A DNA stretch of 64,000 bases from Candidatus Poribacteria bacterium (GTDB taxonomy: Bacteria > Poribacteria > WGA-4E > WGA-3G): positions 256,001 to 320,000 of the forward strand of contig CAXXUA010000015.1 in the NCBI GenBank assembly GCA_963663765.2, written 5' to 3'. Of the stretch, positions 10,686 to 21,086 are shown in pieces. Under the pieces are notes generated by a model. It did no database searches. It saw only the letters and a list, made by a program, of their open reading frames with translations, and was not told where the DNA came from. Every line of letters starts with the position of its first letter. Position 1 is the first letter of the stretch. A program made the translations under genes and the position numbers.

Positions 10686-10706
10686 GACTTAAAAAATGAG
10701 AAAAAT

Positions 10707-12734
10707 ATGCAACAACAGAAACCTCAAGATCAGACTTTCACTAACACTATTGGCATGCAATTCGTTAGAATTGAACCAGGAACCTTTATGATGGGGTCTG
10801 CAGATGCAAATCTCTCAGATGAACTAATAGAAGGCAGGACGCATTTGAGAGATGGAGATTGGGACGAACAGCCAATTCATCAAGTCACCCTTACTACACC
10901 ATTATATCTGGGTATGTTTCAGGTGACGAATGCACAATACGAGGAATTGATACCAAATCATAGGAAACTACGCGGCAAATTAGGCTTCTCAAGGAACGAT
11001 GATGAAGCTGTTGTTTTCGTAGATTGGCACGAAGCAACACATTTTTGTGAATTGCTATCTGAAAATGAGGGTATTCACTATAGGCTACCCACTGAAGCAG
11101 AATGGGAGTATGTATGTAGAGCAGGAACGACTTCGCATTTTCATACAGGTGATACTTTACCGGATGTATTTCGCAAGAACATCTGTGAAAGTTGGTATCC
11201 TGATGAAGGTCGCAGTCGAGGAGAAGATGAAATAGTACCTTTACACGTCGGTAAAACACATCCGAATGCATGGGGTATATACGACATGCATGGAAACGTT
11301 GAGGAGTGGTGTCAAGATTGGTATGGGGCTTATGAACAACAATCGCAGATTGATCCTGTAGGTCGCGAAAGTGGTTTGTATCGTGTGACCCGAGGTGGTA
11401 GCCATTCAACTTTACTATGTTATCTACGTTCGGCAAATCGCATGGGAGCATTACCTGAAGATAAACACTGGTACATTGGATTTCGAGTCGTATGTGGGGA
11501 ACTACCAAAAACATCTTCACTACATCCTACACCAAAAGTAGCGTTATGGGGTCGTAATGTTAAACAGGATTCAGCAAGTGCGTCAACACCTGAAACCCCT
11601 TACTTTGCAGAACCCATACCTTTTGTCCGAATTCCAGAAGGATCAAATGGTCCACTGTTTTCAAATCACAATCACGTACCTGGTATTGTGGAATGTCCAA
11701 ACGGTGATATGTTTGCAGCGTGGTATTCTTGTGTAACCGAACGGGGACGCGAGTTGACAGTCGCTGCAAGTCGGTTACGTTATGGTGAAACGGAATGGGA
11801 TCCTGCTGAACCTTTTTGGGGTGCTCCAGATAGAAACAATCACGCAACATGTTTGTGGTGCAATGAGAATGGTAGGATATATCATTTTAACGGCATTTCT
11901 GCTGCAGCGACATGGGGTCCTTTAGCGTTAGTGATGCGTTATTCTGATGACAATGGAGCAACATGGTCTGAACCACGCTTTATTTCACCTGAACATCGTT
12001 TGCGGCACATGCCGATTGCCTCTGTGTTCCGAAGACAAGACGGCTCAATACTTCTGGCATGCGATGCAGTCAGTGGAGGTAACGGAGGGACAGCAATTTG
12101 GATTAGCGAGGATGATGGTGAAACCTGGTTTGATCCAGGTGAAGGACAACCAATGCCTGAATTTGCTTCGGGCAAAACAGGGGGATGGATTGCGGGGATT
12201 CACGCTGCTGTAGTGGAATTATCGGATGGTAGGTTAATGGCGTATGGACGAGGAGATACAATTGAAGGTCGTATGCCAAAAAGTCTATCTGCAGATGGTG
12301 GCAAAACTTGGCATTACAGTCCAAGTCCATTTCCACCTATTTCTGGGGGGCAGCGCTGTGTGTTCTTACGTCTAAAAGAAGGACCTATTTTCCTTGCATC
12401 TTTTACAGGTAGCCGAAAGACACCTGAAACGATGTCTATTGTTGATGAAACTGGTAATGAACGTCCTGTTACAGGACTATTCAGTGCGCTCTCTTATGAT
12501 GATGGCGAAACTTGGACACATATCCGCATGATATCCGATGATGGACCTGACCGAGAAGTTGAGACGATGGATGGACGTCCATTCATAATGGGTCTGAATA
12601 GTGCTGAACCCGGAGGTTATCTCGCTGTCTGTCAAGGAAGAAATGGGATTATACATCTCATAAGTAGTAAACAGCATTACAGATTTAACTATAAATGGTT
12701 ACAAGAAGTTCCGCCAGCAGGTGTCAGGAAATAA
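10707..12734 (+). CDS. SUMF1/FGE-sulfatase-fold domain fused to BNR/sialidase-like propeller
   Basis: RLPTEAEWEY, PNAWGIYDMHGNVEEW, IGFRVV; four Asp-boxes (SDDNGATW, SEDDGETW, SADGGKTW, SYDDGETW); the track's TTG start lies inside the MITE, so ATG 10707 is used. Confidence 0.85.
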   Translation: MQQQKPQDQTFTNTIGMQFVRIEPGTFMMGSADANLSDELIEGRTHLRDGDWDEQPIHQVTLTTPLYLGMFQVTNAQYEELIPNHRKLRGKLGFSRNDDEAVVFVDWHEATHFCELLSENEGIHYRLPTEAEWEYVCRAGTTSHFHTGDTLPDVFRKNICESWYPDEGRSRGEDEIVPLHVGKTHPNAWGIYDMHGNVEEWCQDWYGAYEQQSQIDPVGRESGLYRVTRGGSHSTLLCYLRSANRMGALPEDKHWYIGFRVVCGELPKTSSLHPTPKVALWGRNVKQDSASASTPETPYFAEPIPFVRIPEGSNGPLFSNHNHVPGIVECPNGDMFAAWYSCVTERGRELTVAASRLRYGETEWDPAEPFWGAPDRNNHATCLWCNENGRIYHFNGISAAATWGPLALVMRYSDDNGATWSEPRFISPEHRLRHMPIASVFRRQDGSILLACDAVSGGNGGTAIWISEDDGETWFDPGEGQPMPEFASGKTGGWIAGIHAAVVELSDGRLMAYGRGDTIEGRMPKSLSADGGKTWHYSPSPFPPISGGQRCVFLRLKEGPIFLASFTGSRKTPETMSIVDETGNERPVTGLFSALSYDDGETWTHIRMISDDGPDREVETMDGRPFIMGLNSAEPGGYLAVCQGRNGIIHLISSKQHYRFNYKWLQEVPPAGVRK

Positions 12735-12735
12735 G

Positions 12736-13626
12736 ATGATACTACCGTTTCAAAATCAGAATGTTGAGGTCAAAACAGAACTTAGGGAAAGTAATGATAT
12801 AATAGAATATCCAGGAAAGCTGCACGAAAGGATAGAAGAAGATGGATATTTGTTAATTCGTGGATTACATGACAAGGATACTGTCCTTGCGGCGCGGCGA
12901 CAAATTCTGGAAAAGCTGAACCAAAAAGGAATGATTGCACCTGATAAACCCTTAATGGATGGCGTTTTCAATACGGATTATCCTGAACCCACATCAACAG
13001 GTTCCATGTTAAATAAAGACATGACTCAGATATCTTCTTTTAAAGCAGTGGTTGAAGGTTCACCTATTTTGAACTTTTTTAAGTTTTTTCTTGGTGGTGA
13101 AGTGAGGACGTTTGATTTCAAATGGTTGCGCACTGCCGGTCCCGGCTCCAGCTCTCCAATCCATTACGATATAGTTTTTATGAGTAGAGGCACGCAAAAC
13201 CTATATTCCTGTTGGACTCCTTTTGGTGATGTCGCGTTGGAAATGGGACCAATAGTCTTTTGTCTGGGATCACACAGATTTGAAAAGGTTCGACAAACCT
13301 ATGGACAATCTGATGTTGACCGAGACTTGATTGAGGGGCATTTCAGTGACAATCCGCTTGATATTGTTGATACCTTTGGAGGAGAATGGGCAACGACTAC
13401 ATTTTCTGTTGGTGATGTTGTCATATTTAGTATGTATTTAATGCATGCTTCTCTCGTTAATACATCTGACAAAATCCGAATAACTGCGGATACACGTTAT
13501 CAACTTGCATCCGAACCTATTGATGAACGTTGGATTGGTGAAAAACCGAAAGGCCATTACGCTTGGAAGCAACCAGATGCAAAGATTGAGTCGTTGGATG
13601 AATCACGTCGTCGGTGGGGTATTTAA
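12736..13626 (+). CDS. Phytanoyl-CoA dioxygenase (PhyH) family protein
   Basis: IHYD, CWTPFGD, GDVVIF..YLMHAS..N...RITADTRYQ. Confidence 0.85.
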   Translation: MILPFQNQNVEVKTELRESNDIIEYPGKLHERIEEDGYLLIRGLHDKDTVLAARRQILEKLNQKGMIAPDKPLMDGVFNTDYPEPTSTGSMLNKDMTQISSFKAVVEGSPILNFFKFFLGGEVRTFDFKWLRTAGPGSSSPIHYDIVFMSRGTQNLYSCWTPFGDVALEMGPIVFCLGSHRFEKVRQTYGQSDVDRDLIEGHFSDNPLDIVDTFGGEWATTTFSVGDVVIFSMYLMHASLVNTSDKIRITADTRYQLASEPIDERWIGEKPKGHYAWKQPDAKIESLDESRRRWGI

Positions 13627-13780
13627 TACCAATTCAAATAAATCTTGTCTCATTAAGGAATTCTAATGTTTACTGGCAGGGGGTTACTCTCTTCGGTAGG
13701 AGCGACCTCCCGGTCGCGACCGTGAGGTCGCTCCTACCAGATTTCCGCTGCTAATGAGACATTATCACATGAAAATGGTA
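13627..13780. repeat. Small inverted-repeat element enclosing a GTAG-type REP palindrome
   Basis: Ends TACCAATTCA / TGAAAATGGTA, inner TGTCTCATTA / TAATGAGACA, core GGTAGGAGCGACCTC...GAGGTCGCTCCTACC. Confidence 0.6.
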
Positions 13781-13828
13781 TAAGTTTTATTTCTACCATT
13801 TCTCATAAATAAACATGGGTTTGAGTTT

Positions 13829-14917
13829 ATGAATAGCGATTCATTAGAACAAACAAAAAGCAGAAATGCAAAATTTGTTCCATTTTTTCTCATTTTAATA
13901 GCAGCGCTCGCGATTGGTCTTGTGATAAGGCATTTCACGAGCAATCCTCAAGAAACCATTGGTGGATCTTGGGAAGTATACTTTAGTGATGTATATGCAG
14001 GTGAACTTGCACCTGATACGCCGAATACACTGGACAAGCGATTGATTGAAAAGCTTGCTTCAGCACAAACGCAAATTGATGGTGCTCTATACGATCTGGA
14101 TTCAACGCCAATTGCAACTGCTTTGATCAATGCACATCACCGTGGTGTTAAAGTTAGAATTTTTACAGAGAATGACAATGCGGATGAAGATGAAATTAAG
14201 CGATTGTATTCTGCGGGGATTCCCGTTCGTGACGATGCTGATAATGACGGGTATATGCATCATAAGTTCTTTGTAATTGACGAAAGGTATGTTTGGACCG
14301 GTTCTTACAACACAACCTATAATGGTGCATATAAAAACAATAATAACGTTCTGTGGTTTGACTCAATTCCTTTAGCAATCAACTTCTCAAAAGAATTTCA
14401 TAATATCTACTTTTCTGAAGAAAACGGTAATATCACTGATGCGAATGTTCCACATCCGCATGTGACTCTGAGCGATGGGACACAGATTTTTACATATTTT
14501 TCTCCTGAAAGTGATACAGTTACACCGATATTGCAGGAGATAAATTCTGCGATCAAGTCAATTCATTTCATGGCTTTCTCTTTTACACAAGATAGCATTG
14601 GACAAGCGATGTGTGACCTTTTTCAAAATGGAATTCTGGTGGAAGGTATTTTTGATGAAAGTGGAATAAACAAATATTCAGAAAACGAGAAAATGAAAAA
14701 CGCAAACATGTCAGTAGTTATTGATACTGGAGCAGGTGTAATGCATCACAAGGTAATTATTATTGATGCAGACAGAGTTATAACTGGTTCGTATAATTTC
14801 TCAAAAAATGCAGCGACTCGTAATAGCGAAAACCTTCTGATTATCAAGGGAAATAACAAAATTCCTGAAATGTTTCTTGAGGAGTTTCATAGAATAAGAG
14901 GGAGTATATCACAATAG
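13829..14917 (+). CDS. Membrane-anchored phospholipase D superfamily protein with two HKD motifs
   Basis: MHHKFFVID...TGSYN and MHHKVIIID...TGSYNF; N-terminal TM helix. Confidence 0.88.
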   Translation: MNSDSLEQTKSRNAKFVPFFLILIAALAIGLVIRHFTSNPQETIGGSWEVYFSDVYAGELAPDTPNTLDKRLIEKLASAQTQIDGALYDLDSTPIATALINAHHRGVKVRIFTENDNADEDEIKRLYSAGIPVRDDADNDGYMHHKFFVIDERYVWTGSYNTTYNGAYKNNNNVLWFDSIPLAINFSKEFHNIYFSEENGNITDANVPHPHVTLSDGTQIFTYFSPESDTVTPILQEINSAIKSIHFMAFSFTQDSIGQAMCDLFQNGILVEGIFDESGINKYSENEKMKNANMSVVIDTGAGVMHHKVIIIDADRVITGSYNFSKNAATRNSENLLIIKGNNKIPEMFLEEFHRIRGSISQ

Positions 14918-14948
14918 TTAGAAATAAAATCATCGTAAAGTCGACTCA

Positions 14949-16079
14949 TTACCGTTCTCCCAATTTTATAGAATAAGACTTCACATGATTGTTTCTTTGA
15001 ATCTTTAACTTTATTCTTGTGTTAGGTGATTCGCTCCCAACACACCTTAGCAGGTCTGGAAATTTCTGCACAGGAGTGTTATTAAATTGAAGTATTACAT
15101 CTTTTGGTAATATTCCACTTTTGTGTGCTGGACCGTTTGTTACAACACTCGTAACAAAAACACCGAATTCATTTGTATCAGTTTCAACCCCCAACCAACC
15201 CCGTGGCACTTTACCATGCTTTATTATTTCAGATGAAACGAATTTTACTGTCTCTATAGGCACAGCAAAAGTAATTTCAGGACGATTTAATAAATCAATA
15301 GGAAGTTGGAAAGGAATAGTGAATTCACCCTTGGTTTCAGCAGTAATTTTCGGATGATTCAATATTTGCATGGGTAACTGTAGGGGAAACGAGGGTTGAT
15401 TATGGGGTTCGGAGAGAACTGCAAGTATCATTCCTACGACCTCACCTGAGGTATTTACAACAGCACCACCACTGTTTCCTGGAGAAATTGGAGCATTGAT
15501 TTTAATCAATTCATTACAAGGGTGTGCTGGTAAGGTTTCCTTACCACTAACAATGCCGAATGAAATGATTGGATTTACCCCATGCGATCTACCTATCGTA
15601 ACGACCCATGAACCTGTATCAATTCGTTTTGAATTACCAGACTTTATCTGCATCGGCAATTTCTTCTCTGTCTTAAGCACAACAAGATCCGTCAATTCAT
15701 CCATACCTACAATTTTGGCTGGAATACTCACGTTATTGTTTAAAGTAACTACAATCTTATTGGGTTTCAAATTAAACGTTGTCGTTGCAATGTGTCCCTC
15801 TTTATCAAGAACAAGTCCTGAACTAATGTTTTGAGAGATGGTTTTCATCTTGTTGTTTTTGCCTGGAAGTTGTGTAGTTTTTGTTTGTGTTGCAATGACC
15901 TTGACTACGTTGGGGCGCGATGTAGTGACAACTTTCTTGAATTCATTTTCAAGCTGCTGCAATACAGTTTCAATTGCGTAAATTGTTGAAGCACTACTCA
16001 AGAGAACAATTAGGATACATGCACAAAAAATGCTGATTGTATTAAAAATGTTTTTCTTTAAATATCGTTTTGCTTTCAT
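14949..16079 (-). CDS. HtrA/DegS-like trypsin domain + PDZ protein (catalytic His apparently absent)
   Basis: TDLVVLK, ISPGNSGG, RGWLGV PDZ, signal/TM segment. Confidence 0.85.
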   Translation of the reverse strand: MKAKRYLKKNIFNTISIFCACILIVLLSSASTIYAIETVLQQLENEFKKVVTTSRPNVVKVIATQTKTTQLPGKNNKMKTISQNISSGLVLDKEGHIATTTFNLKPNKIVVTLNNNVSIPAKIVGMDELTDLVVLKTEKKLPMQIKSGNSKRIDTGSWVVTIGRSHGVNPIISFGIVSGKETLPAHPCNELIKINAPISPGNSGGAVVNTSGEVVGMILAVLSEPHNQPSFPLQLPMQILNHPKITAETKGEFTIPFQLPIDLLNRPEITFAVPIETVKFVSSEIIKHGKVPRGWLGVETDTNEFGVFVTSVVTNGPAHKSGILPKDVILQFNNTPVQKFPDLLRCVGSESPNTRIKLKIQRNNHVKSYSIKLGER

Positions 16080-16083
16080 TGAC

Positions 16084-16638
16084 CTATAATCCTCCAGCTA
16101 AAGATGGGGTGGTGTAACTTACTCGTTTTAGGATATATTGCTGTTGCATGGGTTGATTTGAATTTGTTCCAATCAAATCAGATCCTTCCATACCCCTTGG
16201 AAAAAATTGGTCAGTTATAACATTTTGTAGTTCTTTTGCACTAATGTTATCAGGATAAACTATAGTATCATTAGACTGTGTTTCAGCATTAAAAATGGCA
16301 TCATAATAATAGAAGGTACCTGCACCTGCTAAAACCAAAATTAGCACACTACCAATTGCCCATTTTGGTATTTTAAACAGATCATATACTCGCTGCCAAA
16401 ATGGTATGTTTTTTATTGTTTCCTCTGAGATTCGTTGCAATAATAACGGTACGAAATTGGGTGCGGGATCAATCTCTGGTAGTTGTTGGGTTGCTTTCAC
16501 AGATGCTTGAAATAGATTATATTCTTTCTGACATGAGGCGCATTCTGCCATGTGAGACTTAAGTTGGTGTAAAATCTGTTTGTCAAGGGTGTCCTCAAAA
16601 TGTGCAGAGAAGTATTCCTTAGCCTGTAAGCAGTTCAT
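16084..16638 (-). CDS. zf-HC2 anti-sigma factor with one TM helix
   Basis: MNC...HMAECASC zinc motif; TM WAIGSVLILVLAGAG; ATGA overlap with sigma gene. Confidence 0.88.
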   Translation of the reverse strand: MNCLQAKEYFSAHFEDTLDKQILHQLKSHMAECASCQKEYNLFQASVKATQQLPEIDPAPNFVPLLLQRISEETIKNIPFWQRVYDLFKIPKWAIGSVLILVLAGAGTFYYYDAIFNAETQSNDTIVYPDNISAKELQNVITDQFFPRGMEGSDLIGTNSNQPMQQQYILKRVSYTTPSLAGGL

Positions 16639-17243
16639 AATAACTCCATAAATGATTTTAGTTTATCTTTCAACATCAATCGTGCTCTGTTGATACGTGA
16701 TTTTGTTGTTCCGTTAGGCAGTTCAAGTATTTTGCTGATTTCATGGTAACTTAGTCCTTGTATATCTCGTAGAATCAGCGGAAAACGATATTTTTCTGGT
16801 AATTCCGCTATAGCTTCTTGCGTAGCTTTTAGGAGTTCCTTCCGTTCAATAGCAACTTCTGGTTGGAAGGCAGCGTTTGCTGGTGCGGTTGCGATAAGGT
16901 CAATTTGATCTTCATTACCACCAGATATTTGTTCGCTTGTAATGACATTATCAATACGGTACCTGTCTCGTCTTCCTCTGTTACGAATTTCATTCTTGCA
17001 TAGGTTTTTCGCGATGAAGTACATCCATGTTTTAAACTGTGCGCGACCCGGTTTGTATCTATTTGCAGCCTTGAACATACGTATAAACGTATCCTGTGCT
17101 AAGTCTTCAGCATTATCCCTATCCCCGATAAACCTTGCTATGAAATTAACAAGTGGTTTATGATGCCGTCGTACTATGCTGTTAAACGCGTCCTCATCAC
17201 CTTTTTGAAAGCGTTGCATTAGTTCATCATCTGATTCTGCCAT
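16635..17243 (-). CDS. ECF RNA polymerase sigma factor (SigW/RpoE-like)
   Basis: AEDLAQDTF, FKTWMYFIAKN, GLSYHEISKIL..PNGTTKSRINRAR; RBS GGAGGT. Confidence 0.93.
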   Translation of the reverse strand: MAESDDELMQRFQKGDEDAFNSIVRRHHKPLVNFIARFIGDRDNAEDLAQDTFIRMFKAANRYKPGRAQFKTWMYFIAKNLCKNEIRNRGRRDRYRIDNVITSEQISGGNEDQIDLIATAPANAAFQPEVAIERKELLKATQEAIAELPEKYRFPLILRDIQGLSYHEISKILELPNGTTKSRINRARLMLKDKLKSFMELL

Positions 17244-17435
17244 TCGGCACCTCCGGCGATGCTTTCATAAATATACACACCAAACAGTATATTTAGTTGC
17301 AAGTTATTTCAACTATATTGTTTGGAACGTAAATTAATGGCAGACGCTTACAACTTGACATCAGGTTGTTTTTTGTTTATGATTATCACATTAATATCGT
17401 TATTCTTGGTTAAAATGATAACAGCATTTACAAAA

Positions 17436-17476
17436 TAATATATTATTGTCAAATTCAATCTGACAATAATATATTA
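17436..17476. promoter_or_regulatory. Perfect 16-bp inverted repeat in divergent intergenic region
   Basis: TAATATATTATTGTCA-N9-TGACAATAATATATTA. Confidence 0.45.
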
Positions 17477-17538
17477 CCATAAAAGGTTTAAGAGTGTCAA
17501 ATTCATGTAGATAGTATCAGTTTGAAAGGGAGGTCTTA

Positions 17539-18108
17539 ATGTTCGATCAGGTATTACAAGAGGTAGAATCACAGTGTAGAGAACAGCGGATTCCTATGTT
17601 GGGTCCGGAAAAAGCGAAATTTCTCGCTGAGAGTGTCAGGAAGGCAAAACCGTCTCTGATTGTTGAATGTGGAACAGCAATCGGTTATTCTGGAATGTGG
17701 ATGTTACGGGAGTTAAAAGCTGCTGGTTCTGGACGTGTAATTACAATTGAAATAAACGTTGACCGTGCAGAACAAGCACGCGGGAATTTTGAACGAGCAG
17801 GGGTTGCTGAACTCATAGATTCTCGTATCGGTGATGCACAAGAAATACTAAAAACTATCAACGATCCAGTGGATTTCCTATTTCTTGACAACAACTTTGA
17901 TAACTATTATCCATGTTTTCAGGTCATAGAACAACAACTGACGAATCCTGCTACAGTATTGGCAGATAACGTTGGAATCGGTGCAGATGCCATGGCGGAT
18001 TATCTTGAACATGTCCGCAAAAACTATGTTTCGGAAACACATTGGTTTGATATTGATCTACCTTGGGTTAAAAAGGATGCAATTGAGGTAAGTATATACC
18101 GTCGTTAG
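17539..18108 (+). CDS. Class I SAM-dependent O-methyltransferase
   Basis: VECGTAIGYSG, DFLFLD, LADNV; RBS GGAGG. Confidence 0.88.
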   Translation: MFDQVLQEVESQCREQRIPMLGPEKAKFLAESVRKAKPSLIVECGTAIGYSGMWMLRELKAAGSGRVITIEINVDRAEQARGNFERAGVAELIDSRIGDAQEILKTINDPVDFLFLDNNFDNYYPCFQVIEQQLTNPATVLADNVGIGADAMADYLEHVRKNYVSETHWFDIDLPWVKKDAIEVSIYRR

Positions 18109-18128
18109 GTTTTTTGTAAGGAGGACCT

Positions 18129-20831
18129 ATGACATACATTTTAAATAATGTCGCGAGATTAACTTCACCAGATGATAATGTTGCTATTGCAACGCAAAAA
18201 TTAGATGCAGGTTTAGATATACATCATAACAGCAAGAGTTTCAGTTTGTCCCATACAATTTTGGAGGGACATCGTTTTGCAATTCAACACATAGCAGAAG
18301 GAACTCCATTGCTTTCTTGGGGGTTACCATTTGGTTACGCTTCCTGTTCAATTGTTCCCGGTAATTATGTTTGCAATCAGAAGATGCTTGATTCGTTGTC
18401 AATAAGAAATTTGGATTTTGCATTGCCATCCACCCCAAACTTTACTGATTCTATGCAACCCTATCGTATTGATGAAACTAAGTTTCGTGCGGGTAGACAG
18501 GTAGAACGTTATGCTGTTCAACGAAATTATATGGGGTTTCGACGGGAAGGTAATCGTGGTGTAGGAACACGGAACTACATTGTAGTAATGGGAACAACTG
18601 CACGAACCTCCAGTTTCGCTAGAAAACTTGCGGATAAATGTTCAGGTGATACCCAAAACTTATCCAATATAGATGGTATTGTTCCTGTTACGCATACTGA
18701 AGGTGGAGAGGGTATTACACCGAATAACATTGAGATGCTACTTCGGACGCTTGCTGGATTTACTGTACATCCAAATATCGGTGCTATTCTCTTAGTAGAC
18801 TACGGAACAGAAGCAGTCAATAACGACATCCTAAAGGAATATATGCTGCGGCAGGGATACGATCTTAACAATGTTATACATAATTTCTTTAGAATTGAAG
18901 GTAGTTATGACGACAACTTAGCGATTGGAACACAGATTATTTCTGGTTGGTTGGATCCTGTAAATAGCTTTACCCGTACTGAAGAGTCATTAGAAAACAT
19001 CAAGATTGCTTTGCAATGTGGTGGTTCAGATGCTTTTTCAGGTGTATCTGGTAATCCACTGGCAGCTTATGTCGCGAAGGAGGTAATCCGTTACGGTGGA
19101 TGTGCGAATCTTGCTGAGACAGATGAACTCATTGGTGCGGAAGCATATCTGCTTCAGAACGTTCGTGACTTACATACAGCGAAGAAGTTTCTTGATACCG
19201 TTGAGCAGTTTAAGGAACGTGTGGAGTGGCATGGACATTCAGCAGAAGGGAATCCATCTGGCGGAAACAATTTCAGAGGATTATATAACATTGCAATTAA
19301 GTCTATAGGTGCTGCAATGAAACGTCATCCTGATGTCTGTCTTGATTATGTCATAAATTACAGTGAGTTGATGGACAAACAGGGTTATTATTTTATGGAT
19401 AGTCCTGGCAACGATTTAGAAAGTATAGCAGGGCAAGTTGCATCTGGTTCAAATATGATTTACTTTGTCACTGGCAATGGTTCCATCACAAATTTCCCTT
19501 TTGTACCTACAATTAAAATCGTTACGACGACTGGACGGTATAAGATGCTTGAAAAAGATATGGATGTAAACGCTGGTGCGTATCTTGATGGAACACCCAT
19601 GGAACAACTCGGTGAAGAGATGCTTGATCTCACCGTGAATGTTTCCTCAGGGGAACGTTCAGTTGGAGAAAAAGCTGGACATTCTCAAGTTTCGTTGTGG
19701 CGTGATTGGAAACAGACAGCTATTATTGATCTATTACCAGTACTTGAAGAAACTAAGCTGATGTCGGGTGAACCAGTGCATATAGAACCTATAGATAACG
19801 AAGAGATTTCTACAAAAGATTATACTTTTCGTGCATTTCAAACACCAGATGGGTTTCGCAGTAATCAACTGGGTTTAATCTTACCAACAAGTCTCTGTTC
19901 AGGTCAAATTGCACAGATGATTGCAAATAGATGCAACAATCAACTCATTACTACATCGCAAGAAACTAGTGCATCAAGCATACAGAAACAGCATCAGATC
20001 ACACGTTTTGTGGCGCTTGCACATACAGAAGGTTGCGGCGTTTCAAGTGGACGCACGGAAGAGATTTACAACCGTACAATGATCGGACACTTGACACATC
20101 CAACAGTTGCACTCGGTCTGCTTCTTGAACACGGTTGCGAAAAAACACACAACGATCATGTTCTATATGAAATACAGAAATTGGGTATCTCACCAGAAAA
20201 GTTTGGATGGGCAAGTGTGCAAATGGATGGCGGTATTGATGCTGTTATAGAGAAGGTGCAAAGCTGGTTTGTGAATAAACTTGTAGAAAAACCTGCAATT
20301 CCCGTTGTTGATGCTGGAATGGAACATCTACGTATTGCTTTAACTTCAACCGGGGAGGTAACAGAACAGATTTCACAAGCTCTGATGCAAGTTCTAAATG
20401 TTATCGTCAATGCGGGAGGTACTGTCGTTGTCCCCGCAAATGCCACATTTCTTACAGATAATTTTGCATCTTTCCCAACCTTAGCTTATGGACAACGTGT
20501 TGAGAAAAAAGGTTTTCATATCATGGAAACACCTTCCAATCAACCGACAGAAACCTTGACTGGGTTAGGTGCGACTGGAGTTGAATTGGCATTAGCACAC
20601 ATTGTCGATGCACCGTTGCAGTCACATGTGATGGTGCCACTTCTTCAGATTACAACTGATTTGCCAACACAAACACGGTTTGAAGCAGATATGGACTTAA
20701 CATCGGTTGATACTGAACAAGTGTTGAATTTAATTATGTCAACTGCATCACGACAGTATACCCCAAAGTTACACGGAAAAGGTAATACTGATTTTCAATT
20801 GACACGTGGTCTGTTAGGTGTTTCAATGTAA
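18129..20831 (+). CDS. UxaA/GarD family dehydratase with an extra C-terminal partial repeat (900 aa)
   Basis: DNVAIA SAF domain, GVGTRNY, QCGGSDAFSGVSGNP, NPSGGN..GL, FVTGNG; second HTEGCG...LEHGCEK segment. Confidence 0.85.
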   Translation: MTYILNNVARLTSPDDNVAIATQKLDAGLDIHHNSKSFSLSHTILEGHRFAIQHIAEGTPLLSWGLPFGYASCSIVPGNYVCNQKMLDSLSIRNLDFALPSTPNFTDSMQPYRIDETKFRAGRQVERYAVQRNYMGFRREGNRGVGTRNYIVVMGTTARTSSFARKLADKCSGDTQNLSNIDGIVPVTHTEGGEGITPNNIEMLLRTLAGFTVHPNIGAILLVDYGTEAVNNDILKEYMLRQGYDLNNVIHNFFRIEGSYDDNLAIGTQIISGWLDPVNSFTRTEESLENIKIALQCGGSDAFSGVSGNPLAAYVAKEVIRYGGCANLAETDELIGAEAYLLQNVRDLHTAKKFLDTVEQFKERVEWHGHSAEGNPSGGNNFRGLYNIAIKSIGAAMKRHPDVCLDYVINYSELMDKQGYYFMDSPGNDLESIAGQVASGSNMIYFVTGNGSITNFPFVPTIKIVTTTGRYKMLEKDMDVNAGAYLDGTPMEQLGEEMLDLTVNVSSGERSVGEKAGHSQVSLWRDWKQTAIIDLLPVLEETKLMSGEPVHIEPIDNEEISTKDYTFRAFQTPDGFRSNQLGLILPTSLCSGQIAQMIANRCNNQLITTSQETSASSIQKQHQITRFVALAHTEGCGVSSGRTEEIYNRTMIGHLTHPTVALGLLLEHGCEKTHNDHVLYEIQKLGISPEKFGWASVQMDGGIDAVIEKVQSWFVNKLVEKPAIPVVDAGMEHLRIALTSTGEVTEQISQALMQVLNVIVNAGGTVVVPANATFLTDNFASFPTLAYGQRVEKKGFHIMETPSNQPTETLTGLGATGVELALAHIVDAPLQSHVMVPLLQITTDLPTQTRFEADMDLTSVDTEQVLNLIMSTASRQYTPKLHGKGNTDFQLTRGLLGVSM

Positions 20832-20884
20832 TCCAACATCACAGAAATTTACAATTCCTTTATATGACCTAGTATTTTATTTAC

Positions 20885-21041
20885 AGGACTTACGCAAAAA
20901 CGGTAGGCGGTGAATGCCTAAATGGCATTCATACCGTTGATTTGGTGCTTTGTAAGCGCGCTGGAAACCTATAAAAATGCTGATAATTATATCATTTTCA
21001 TCATTATTCTAGATTTAATTAAAAAATAATGTGTAACTCCT
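20885..21041. mobile_element. MITE-like repeat family A, copy 3 (opposite orientation to copy 1)
   Basis: Near-identical reverse complement of 3927-4082, including the 36-nt insert. Confidence 0.8.
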
Positions 21042-21086
21042 GATTTAATCAATGTATATTAATGTATATTATAGGGAGAATGACAA

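Noticed and set aside
17265-17325. Autoregulatory ECF promoter upstream of the sigma gene
   Set aside because: TGCAAC and TGTA are present, but the 18-nt spacing does not fit the SigW-type 16 nt; too weak to call.
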